A DNA stretch of 29,835 nt from positions 1 through 29,835 of the IMG/VR virus record IMGVR_UViG_3300017766_000977. One strand, 5' to 3'. The position numbers and the translations under genes were made by a program. The notes under the pieces were generated by a model. That model saw nothing but the letters and a program-made list of their open reading frames with translations, ran no database searches and was not told the origin of the DNA. Origin of the DNA: a virus (Duplodnaviria > Caudoviricetes). Below are positions 22,921 through 29,835 of this stretch, one piece after another (within the stretch, counting starts at the first letter, position 1; each line of letters begins with the position of its first letter).

Positions 22921-25604
22921 TGTTGTATTTTTCGCTTATTATAGATGGCAAACTGGTTGACTTGTTTCAAGATGAATCAATCGAGCTGAACAGACAGATA
23001 AAAGACTATTCAAAGATTGATACGGTCTTTACGGACTTCTCGCAGAACTTTACCATACCAGCTACAGAATCAAACAATAAGATATTTCAAAACTATTTTG
23101 ATGAGAATGTATTGTTGCAAAGCTGGAATCAGAACTTTGCCTTAACTGGTGAAATTTACATCCACGGCTTGCCAGTCTTTACTGGTGAGATTGAATTGCT
23201 TGAGGTTAAATTTATTGATGGACTACCAAGCAGTTATAATATAGTTTTCTACGGAACAACTAAGAAGCTTTTAGTAAATTGGGGCGAGAAGACATTGCCC
23301 GAAATTGATTGGTCAAATTACTTACATACAATCAGCAATGCTTTAGTCGTTTCGTCTTGGACTGGGGGTATTTTAGGCGGTGCTATTATTTGGGATTTAA
23401 AGGATTATGGGTATGGATACAGATACTGCAAAAAGAGTGGTGGGGTAAGCTACGACATAGGTGTACAAAACACAATCAACTATAAAGGATTAAGGCCATC
23501 AATTTTGCTTAAAGATATGATTGAAAATATCTTTACGGCTGAAGGTTTTAGTTTAAGTGGGAGTTTATTATCAAGACCAGAGTTTGAATACCTTTATGTA
23601 ACGCCACAAGAAGCACCTGGAAGTTATTTTGATCGTATCAACGGCAATAATTATGGTAACTTTGAGGCTAATGATTCAGCTCCGCAAAGTATTTTTAAAC
23701 CAACAAGCACTTTAAATACTTGGTTTGCTTTGCCAGTTGGAAATACAGTTGTAACTGGTAATACAAGTGGGGCTTGGAATAATACAACATACACTTATAC
23801 TTGCCCTGAAACTGGTCAATATACTTTTGGTTTAACGATTACAAATTACACTCCATTAGTTGCTCCTACATTCACACCAACGCTTGGCGTTAAAGTAACT
23901 GTTAACGGCAAAACAAAAGGCTTTTATCAAAACAAAACGGCAGCTCAATGGGTTAGCAGTGGTCAGCAATTTTGCAACTTTTTAAGATTGAGCAAAGGTG
24001 ATGTGGTTCAATTTATTTACAATACACCAGTAAATGCGGTGGTTGATGGTAGCATTGCTTGTTTATTGTCTCCGCCTACAAGCCAAGTTTTAGTTGATAT
24101 GGCACGAGTGATGCCAGAGATTAAAGTTTCAGAGTTTTTCAATTCTGTTCTTCAGATGTTTAATGCGGTGCTTGTGCCGTCAAATACTATTGATGGTTTT
24201 GAATTGCATAACATTGAAGATTGGTATGCTTTAGGTCAGAATGTCGAGTACACTGAGTTTATAGATTTTAAGAATCTAACTCATAGAAAAATGAATGTGC
24301 CGTCATCAATTACGATGAAGCACAAAGAGGGCGAAGCTTTGCCTCAAACATTCTTTAAAACAACCTATAAGCGAAACTTTGGGGATGTTACCTTTAGACC
24401 TGATGTTGACTTTAGCGACGAGCCAATCGAGTTTGAGACTGTATTCCAGGTTAACCCAATCACATTAATCCAAGAGGTTGACACAAGTGGGAATATGATC
24501 AGCAATACGGATATTGAAATGCCGTTTATAATCAATTCAGAATCTCAAGGGGTTGACCAAAAGTTGATTCTATTCTATAATGGGCGAAACACAAATCTGA
24601 AAACGGTTGTAAATAGTTTCTATGTAGGGACTTCTTTAATCACTCAATATCCGCCATCATCTCCTTTTAGCAATTATACATCTGGGGCTTATTCAACTGC
24701 ATTTGGGCTTGAAGCACCACTTAAAGGCAATATGCCAATCAATTCTATGTATTGGATGTATTGGAATAAATATCTGTCAAGGCTTTATTCATCAAGAAGC
24801 CGAATCGTTGTAGTTGATGCAGTGCTTCCAGTTGGCGTTTGGCTTAATATGAAGCTAAATGATAATGTGGCAATAAGTGGTAATTACTATAAGATTCAAA
24901 AAATCCAATACGATTTGTTAAGCCAAAAGGCCGTAATTGAGTTGATCACCTATCCGAATGTAAACTATTTACAAGTTACTTCAACAACTGGCAAAAAACC
25001 TACATTTAATACAGTGGTCGCAACGGATAATGGTAAGACTTTTATTGATGGGAATCCTATCCGTAAAGCTTTAGCCAATGCGATTGAAGGTGGTGGCATT
25101 TATACTACGGATGCGGTTGATATTGAAACATTCAACATATCAGCTCAATCAATGATGACTCCAATAATTGATAATATACTTCCATTGGTTTCACTTAACA
25201 AAGTAACTATGTGGAATTATAGCAATTTACCTATAACAGTTAACCCAACGCCACAAGTTATAACATTGACTGATGTCGGGTTTGACGGTGATCAAAGATT
25301 TTATACTTATGATTTAGCCAATAGCCAGGTAACAATCAATACTTCAGGGCAGTATAGAATCAATGTCAATATGGTAATTCATAATACTTCAAATGCAAAG
25401 GTTGGTTGGGAAGTTAATATTGATGATGTGCAAACGGAAGCTTATCAAGAAACACACGGCAATACAATTTTGTCCATAAATCTTATTGCAAGTGCGACAA
25501 TAGGCGAGAATCAAGTTGTTAAGTTAAGAGCTTACACTCTTGACGGATCGACTAAAAACATAGACATTCATAGGACATCATTTACAATCGAGCGAATAAT
25601 ATGA
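22920..25604 (+). CDS. Large tail tip/baseplate hub-like protein
   Basis: 894 aa; N-terminal VDLFQDESI...FSQNFTIPAT..NNKIF; two C1q/BclA-like segments (YTCPETGQYTF, INTSGQYRI). Confidence 0.68.
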   Translation: MLYFSLIIDGKLVDLFQDESIELNRQIKDYSKIDTVFTDFSQNFTIPATESNNKIFQNYFDENVLLQSWNQNFALTGEIYIHGLPVFTGEIELLEVKFIDGLPSSYNIVFYGTTKKLLVNWGEKTLPEIDWSNYLHTISNALVVSSWTGGILGGAIIWDLKDYGYGYRYCKKSGGVSYDIGVQNTINYKGLRPSILLKDMIENIFTAEGFSLSGSLLSRPEFEYLYVTPQEAPGSYFDRINGNNYGNFEANDSAPQSIFKPTSTLNTWFALPVGNTVVTGNTSGAWNNTTYTYTCPETGQYTFGLTITNYTPLVAPTFTPTLGVKVTVNGKTKGFYQNKTAAQWVSSGQQFCNFLRLSKGDVVQFIYNTPVNAVVDGSIACLLSPPTSQVLVDMARVMPEIKVSEFFNSVLQMFNAVLVPSNTIDGFELHNIEDWYALGQNVEYTEFIDFKNLTHRKMNVPSSITMKHKEGEALPQTFFKTTYKRNFGDVTFRPDVDFSDEPIEFETVFQVNPITLIQEVDTSGNMISNTDIEMPFIINSESQGVDQKLILFYNGRNTNLKTVVNSFYVGTSLITQYPPSSPFSNYTSGAYSTAFGLEAPLKGNMPINSMYWMYWNKYLSRLYSSRSRIVVVDAVLPVGVWLNMKLNDNVAISGNYYKIQKIQYDLLSQKAVIELITYPNVNYLQVTSTTGKKPTFNTVVATDNGKTFIDGNPIRKALANAIEGGGIYTTDAVDIETFNISAQSMMTPIIDNILPLVSLNKVTMWNYSNLPITVNPTPQVITLTDVGFDGDQRFYTYDLANSQVTINTSGQYRINVNMVIHNTSNAKVGWEVNIDDVQTEAYQETHGNTILSINLIASATIGENQVVKLRAYTLDGSTKNIDIHRTSFTIERII

Positions 25605-25771
25605 TAAACGAAATAATAAAATTGGCACAATCACACGAATGGATTGGAGTATCTGAGAATGTAGAAATTGCCAAAGGTAAATATAAGTTAAAGACCAGAA
25701 AAGACAAAGTAAAATTTAAAATTAAAAGAGGGATAATAAGATTATGGCTAAGAAAATTAAGTTTGGGTTAG
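25601..25771 (+). CDS. Small basic protein (56 aa, MINEIIKL...VEIAKGKY...)
   Basis: Read manually; ATGA-coupled to the hub gene; fills the gap before the tape measure gene. Confidence 0.65.
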   Translation: MINEIIKLAQSHEWIGVSENVEIAKGKYKLKTRKDKVKFKIKRGIIRLWLRKLSLG

Positions 25772-27576
25772 ACCTTGACGGTTTCGATGAGAAGCTTGAC
25801 AATATAGGCAAAAGCTTTGGTAGTTTACCAGGGCCAGTTGGTAATGCTGCAAATGCCGTATCTGGATTAGGTAAACAATTCTTACAATTAATTAAAAACC
25901 CAATTATTTTAGTTATATCTGGTATTGCTATTGCATTAAAAACGCTTTATGAGGCTTTGCAGTCAACTGATGAAGGTATGGGCAAACTTGCCAAAATTAC
26001 TGCAATATTTAAAGGCATTATAAGTCCAGTTGTAAAGGTTGTTCAAGACTTTGCTATATTTTTAGCTGATAAATTTATTGGAGTATTAGAGGCCGTTGCT
26101 GGATGGTTTGGCGTAACTGGTGATCAAGCATCGGATTTAGCGGATAGCATTAAGGAAGTTGAAGACGCTGAAGAATCACTTGCCCTTAAAAGAGCAAAAC
26201 AAAATAAAGATTTAGCAGAGGCAAAAGAGATTTTAAGTGATACTAATAAAACGCTTGAAGAAAGGAAAGCAGCACTAAAAAAGATATCCGATGCAGAAAC
26301 AAGTTTGGCTGCTGAAGAATTAAAGAACGCTAAAAAGAAAGCCGAGAATATCAGAAAGGAAATTGCTTTAAATGGAGAATCAAAAGACCGTAAAAAGCAA
26401 CTACAAGAAGCTGAAATACAAATCCTAAACACCGAAACCAATCTTGCAAATAAGAGAAAAGAATTTGCTAAAGAAAACCAAAAGATTGAAAAGGAAGATG
26501 CTGACGCTAAAAAAGCTAAAGCCGAGGAAGAAAAGAAACAAGCAGAGGATAGGAAGAAAAGAATTGAAGATTATAATAAACAAAGGCAAGAATCAGCTGA
26601 TAAAATTAGAGCTTTAGAACAGAAACTTGCCGTTGATTCAATCCAGACCGAAAGGGAGAAGGCTTTAAAACAAGCCGAGATTGACAATGAAAACGCCAAA
26701 CTTGATATTCAGCGATCAACAATGAACGCTAAAGAGAAGGCCAAGGCATTAGAGTTAATCAATAAACAATATCAGAATAATGTCGCTAAAATAAATGCGG
26801 ATGCTGATAAGAAAGCACAAGAGGAAGCTGAAAAGGCAAAACAAGCTAAAGACGCACAGTTAAAAGAGCAATATGCTCAGGAAGAGAAAACCATTGCTGA
26901 TCAATACGAGCGTAAAAAACTTGTGGCGATGCAAACTATTGAAGATGAGAAAGTATTGCAACAAACTTTACTTGATTTAGAACTTGCCAAGAATCAAGAA
27001 ATTTATAATAGCAGAGTAAAAAATGGCCTGGATACATTAGATATTGAAAAAACCATTGCTCAACAAAAATTAGATTTAACTAAAAAGCAACAAGAAGAGA
27101 CTAAAGCTTTACAAGACGCAGAACAAGCTCAAATTCAAAGCAAACTTGACGCTACAAAACAAGTATTGGGATCTATTCAAGGTTTACTAAAAGAAAACTC
27201 CAAAGGTGCAACAGTTTTGGCTATTGGTCAAGCGGTTATTGATACATATGTTGCAGCAAATAAGGCCTTGGCATCAGCTCCACCACCAATGAACTTTTTA
27301 TTAATGGCCTCTGTAATTGCAACTGGTATCGCAAACATAAAAAAGATATCAGAACAAGCGAGTAAAATGGGGGTTGAAACTGGTGGGGTAAGTGGTGGAA
27401 CTGGTGGCCCATCAATAGGCGTTGTTGGAGGGCAAGTTGATTCATCAACACAAATGGCAAGAAGCTTACAAGGTGCGGTTGGTGGCCCTCAAAAAGCGTA
27501 TGTAGTGGGTAATGATGTAACAAGCCGTCAAAGTCTTGATCGTCGTATAAGCCAAAATGCAACATTAGGGGGCTAA
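25744..27576 (+). CDS. Tape measure protein-like
   Basis: 610 aa; hydrophobic N- and C-proximal segments flank a long A/E/K/Q coiled coil; ends AYVV..DVTS.Q.LDR. Confidence 0.75.
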   Translation: MAKKIKFGLDLDGFDEKLDNIGKSFGSLPGPVGNAANAVSGLGKQFLQLIKNPIILVISGIAIALKTLYEALQSTDEGMGKLAKITAIFKGIISPVVKVVQDFAIFLADKFIGVLEAVAGWFGVTGDQASDLADSIKEVEDAEESLALKRAKQNKDLAEAKEILSDTNKTLEERKAALKKISDAETSLAAEELKNAKKKAENIRKEIALNGESKDRKKQLQEAEIQILNTETNLANKRKEFAKENQKIEKEDADAKKAKAEEEKKQAEDRKKRIEDYNKQRQESADKIRALEQKLAVDSIQTEREKALKQAEIDNENAKLDIQRSTMNAKEKAKALELINKQYQNNVAKINADADKKAQEEAEKAKQAKDAQLKEQYAQEEKTIADQYERKKLVAMQTIEDEKVLQQTLLDLELAKNQEIYNSRVKNGLDTLDIEKTIAQQKLDLTKKQQEETKALQDAEQAQIQSKLDATKQVLGSIQGLLKENSKGATVLAIGQAVIDTYVAANKALASAPPPMNFLLMASVIATGIANIKKISEQASKMGVETGGVSGGTGGPSIGVVGGQVDSSTQMARSLQGAVGGPQKAYVVGNDVTSRQSLDRRISQNATLGG

Positions 27577-27588
27577 ACAATTTTATAT
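27559..27588 (+). promoter_or_regulatory. Putative late promoter (degenerate)
   Basis: GCAACAT-N14-ATTTTATAT, 32 nt before ATG 27591. Confidence 0.5.
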
Positions 27589-27590
27589 AT

Positions 27591-27881
27591 ATGCAAAAGA
27601 AAGGTTTTAAAATTGATTTGGGTAAAATAGATGCAATCGAAACATCTATAAACGACTTGGCAATGCAAATGCCACAGTTGGAAGCTAAATTAAATGAAGT
27701 GCAAAATAAAATCAAAGGCAATATGGATTCATTAAACAATATGATTCCAGAGTTTGAATTGATGGATAAACTATCAAAGCAAATTGGTGATACTCCTTTG
27801 ATGGATAGAATCACTAAAGGCAAAAAGATGTTGCAAGAAAAACTTGCAGTTTGTACTAAACTTTATAGTCGTATAAAATAA
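27591..27881 (+). CDS. Coiled-coil protein, possibly an internal head protein
   Basis: 96 aa, helical; TAATG-coupled to the protease gene. Confidence 0.65.
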   Translation: MQKKGFKIDLGKIDAIETSINDLAMQMPQLEAKLNEVQNKIKGNMDSLNNMIPEFELMDKLSKQIGDTPLMDRITKGKKMLQEKLAVCTKLYSRIK

Positions 27882-28489
27882 TGCAGATTCTGGAGTTATT
27901 ACTGGATGAGGATCAAATGGCGAGTGGTATCGATGCAATCAGTATCGTAAAATCACCAGCCATTGAATCTAACTTCGTGGCACTTAATAACCATAAGGTA
28001 AAATTTGCCACTGTTGATGCTGAAAAAAGAATCTTATTAGGCCCAGCATTGATTCCAAACAAACCTATTTACAGAAACCAGGATGGAATGGAGTTTTATT
28101 GCTATTTTTCAAGAGCAACAGTTAAGAAGGCTTCAGAACTTTATTTGCAAAGAGGTAATCAAGGCCAAGCGACTTTAGAACACGCCGTTAAAATTCAAGG
28201 CTTATGCCTGGTTGAATCTTGGGTGAAGGAAGATATGGAGAAGGACAAGTCTGCCTTATACGGAATGGCTGATCCAATCGGCACTTGGATGGTTGCTATG
28301 AAAGTTGAAAATGACGAGGTATGGAATGACTATGTAAAAACTGGGCTTGTTCAAGGCTTTAGTATTGAGGGTTATTTCGTTGATAAAGGACAAAAGTTAT
28401 CTAAAGAGTTAACCGATGAAGAGGCCAAATTGCAAGAGGTAATAAGCATCTTGACTGAATGGCAAAATTGTAACAATAAAAAAAAATAA
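27881..28489 (+). CDS. Prohead protease, XkdF-like serine peptidase
   Basis: AISIV..PAIE, GPALIPNKPIYR, TLEH, ESW, GTW and GFSIEG. Confidence 0.82.
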   Translation: MQILELLLDEDQMASGIDAISIVKSPAIESNFVALNNHKVKFATVDAEKRILLGPALIPNKPIYRNQDGMEFYCYFSRATVKKASELYLQRGNQGQATLEHAVKIQGLCLVESWVKEDMEKDKSALYGMADPIGTWMVAMKVENDEVWNDYVKTGLVQGFSIEGYFVDKGQKLSKELTDEEAKLQEVISILTEWQNCNNKKK

Positions 28490-28499
28490 GTTATATATA
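28470..28499 (+). promoter_or_regulatory. Putative late promoter for scaffold and capsid
   Basis: GTAACAA-N13-GTTATATAT, 32 nt before ATG 28502. Confidence 0.68.
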
Positions 28500-28501
28500 A
28501 T

Positions 28502-29119
28502 ATGAACGCAAACGAAACATTAAACAGAGTGATGGTTGCTTTAGGCATTAAAGCCGAAGCTCCAGCCGTTGAAGTTAACCTTGCATCAATGAAAACAATG
28601 GATGGTCAAGCTACATTTGACGCTGAATCTTTTGAAGTTGGAAGTGCTATCTTTGTAGTTACTGAAGATGGCAAAATCCCAGCTCCACAAGGTGAATACG
28701 CAATGGAAGATGGCACTATTGTAAAAGTTGACGACAAAGGTTACATCGTGGAAATTTCCACTAAAGAAGAGGAAGTAATGGAAGAGCCAATCATTGAGGA
28801 AGTAATGCAAGATGAACCAATGAAAGAACAAATCATTGAAGAGATGGCTAAGCCTAAAAAGTTAACTGAAACTACAACCAAAGTAAGCGAATTTTCTGCT
28901 GAGATTTCTGAAATTAGAGAAGAGTTAAATGCTCTTAAAATGAAATTGTCAAGTGTAACTGAAGAGAGAGACGAGTTAGTATCTCGTTTAGCATCTGAGG
29001 AAGCTCCAAGATCATTCCACTCTCCAGAAGCAAATCCAGTAAATTCAATCAAATTTAAAATCGGTGAAAACAGAAACCAAACTGTAACTGACCGAGTATT
29101 TAACCAATTATTCAAATAA
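28502..29119 (+). CDS. Probable capsid scaffolding protein
   Basis: 205 aa, Glu-rich with a coiled coil, between protease and capsid genes. Confidence 0.7.
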   Translation: MNANETLNRVMVALGIKAEAPAVEVNLASMKTMDGQATFDAESFEVGSAIFVVTEDGKIPAPQGEYAMEDGTIVKVDDKGYIVEISTKEEEVMEEPIIEEVMQDEPMKEQIIEEMAKPKKLTETTTKVSEFSAEISEIREELNALKMKLSSVTEERDELVSRLASEEAPRSFHSPEANPVNSIKFKIGENRNQTVTDRVFNQLFK

Positions 29120-29134
29120 AAAAAACCAAATAAA

Positions 29135-29835
29135 ATGAAAGATTTAAAAAACATCAAATTGTCTGGCCCGACTGTAAGTCCAAATACTTATGCTGGTCAG
29201 TTTGGCAACGAATATATCGCTGCTGCCCTTTTGAGTGGTGAAACTTTATCAAAAGAGTTAATCACTTTACACCCTAATGTTGCTTACAAGCAAGTTATCC
29301 GTAACTGGCAACAATCAATCAGCGTAACTGATGCTACTTGTGATTACACTGATTCATCTTCTATCACTTTAGGTGAGTATGTGTTAACTACCGTTGAGAA
29401 GCAAGTAAACTTAACTTTGTGTAAAAACAATTTGAGAACAACTTGGGAAGCTGCTCAAGCTGGTTACTCTGCTTTCGAATCTTTGCCAGCTACTTTCGAA
29501 CAATTCTTATTGGCTCAAGTTGCTGCTGAGGTTGCTCAAACAGTTGAATTAGGTATCTGGAAATCAAATACTTTCTACACTGGTGGTATGGTTCAATACT
29601 TGATCGATAACTCTGCTATCGTAAGCGCTGGTTCAGGTGCTACAACTTCAGCGAATGTTGTTGCTCGTTTACAATCAATGTTAGATGCTTCTCCAGCTGC
29701 ATTGTATGGTAAAGAAGGTTATCAATTCTATGTAGGCCCAGTTACAATGAAAGCTTATCAAGCTGCTTTGTCTGCTGGTAACTACAACTTCCAATTCTAT
29801 GTTGGTGAGAAGCCAATGAACTTCCAAGGTATTCC
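29135..29835 (+). CDS. Major capsid protein, N-terminal part (absent from the ORF track because it runs off the end)
   Basis: ATG 29135: MKDLKNIKLSGPTVSPNTYAGQFGNEYIAAALLSG...; open to the window end and continues into 1-340. Confidence 0.88.
   Translation, partial: MKDLKNIKLSGPTVSPNTYAGQFGNEYIAAALLSGETLSKELITLHPNVAYKQVIRNWQQSISVTDATCDYTDSSSITLGEYVLTTVEKQVNLTLCKNNLRTTWEAAQAGYSAFESLPATFEQFLLAQVAAEVAQTVELGIWKSNTFYTGGMVQYLIDNSAIVSAGSGATTSANVVARLQSMLDASPAALYGKEGYQFYVGPVTMKAYQAALSAGNYNFQFYVGEKPMNFQGI
29713..29835. repeat. Direct terminal repeat, right copy
   Basis: Identical to 1-123. Confidence 0.97.

Noticed and set aside
27881-29140. Protease, scaffold and capsid genes share one frame separated by single stops (possible polyprotein readthrough)
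   Set aside because: The stops are TAA, each gene has its own ATG, and a promoter motif precedes the scaffold gene; coincidence is sufficient.
333-29157. Minus-strand ORFs in the track (e.g. 7060-7419, 26124-26441, 27236-27823, 28741-29157)
   Set aside because: They are shadows of well-supported plus-strand genes, with no recognisable motifs or promoters.
1-29835. Genome-wide TAG reassignment (genetic code 15)
   Set aside because: Only one gene is interrupted, long genes are intact in code 11, other TAGs behave as normal stops, and no suppressor tRNA was seen.

Overview
The window is an apparently complete ~29.7 kb circular or circularly permuted genome of a tailed dsDNA phage. Bases 1-123 repeat exactly at 29713-29835, giving a unit length of 29,712 bp. 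The host is most likely a Bacteroidota member, judged from TTTG-N19/20-TAnnTTTG promoters. Essentially all credible genes lie on the + strand. Modules: head (XkdF-type protease, scaffold, major capsid split across the window ends, portal with a long C-terminal appendage, adaptor); siphovirus-like tail (tube, chaperone, terminator/completion, distal tail, hub, tape measure); split lysis genes (u-spanin-like lipoprotein, holin-like proteins, M15 endolysin); early/replication genes (HTH, SSB-like, PD-(D/E)XK nuclease, replication initiator, PAPS-reductase-like, metallophosphoesterase, VRR-NUC, sigma factor, ParB-methyltransferase, HNH); and terminase. I recognised no integrase, DNA polymerase, tRNA or CRISPR. 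Most notable signals: (1) a structured RNA leader with a 32-codon uORF before the replication operon, whose loop and bulge are exactly complementary to a bipartite 5' site covering the uORF start codon, an architecture like C4/CI RNAs; (2) a phage sigma factor plus six ECF-like promoter motifs 32-35 nt upstream of late genes; (3) one in-frame amber codon splitting the tail tube gene; (4) a -1 frameshift tail chaperone with both frames open for ~80 codons; (5) 11-bp iteron-like repeats inside the initiator gene; (6) strong CATG/CCGG avoidance. Product names come from motif recognition by eye, not from database searches.
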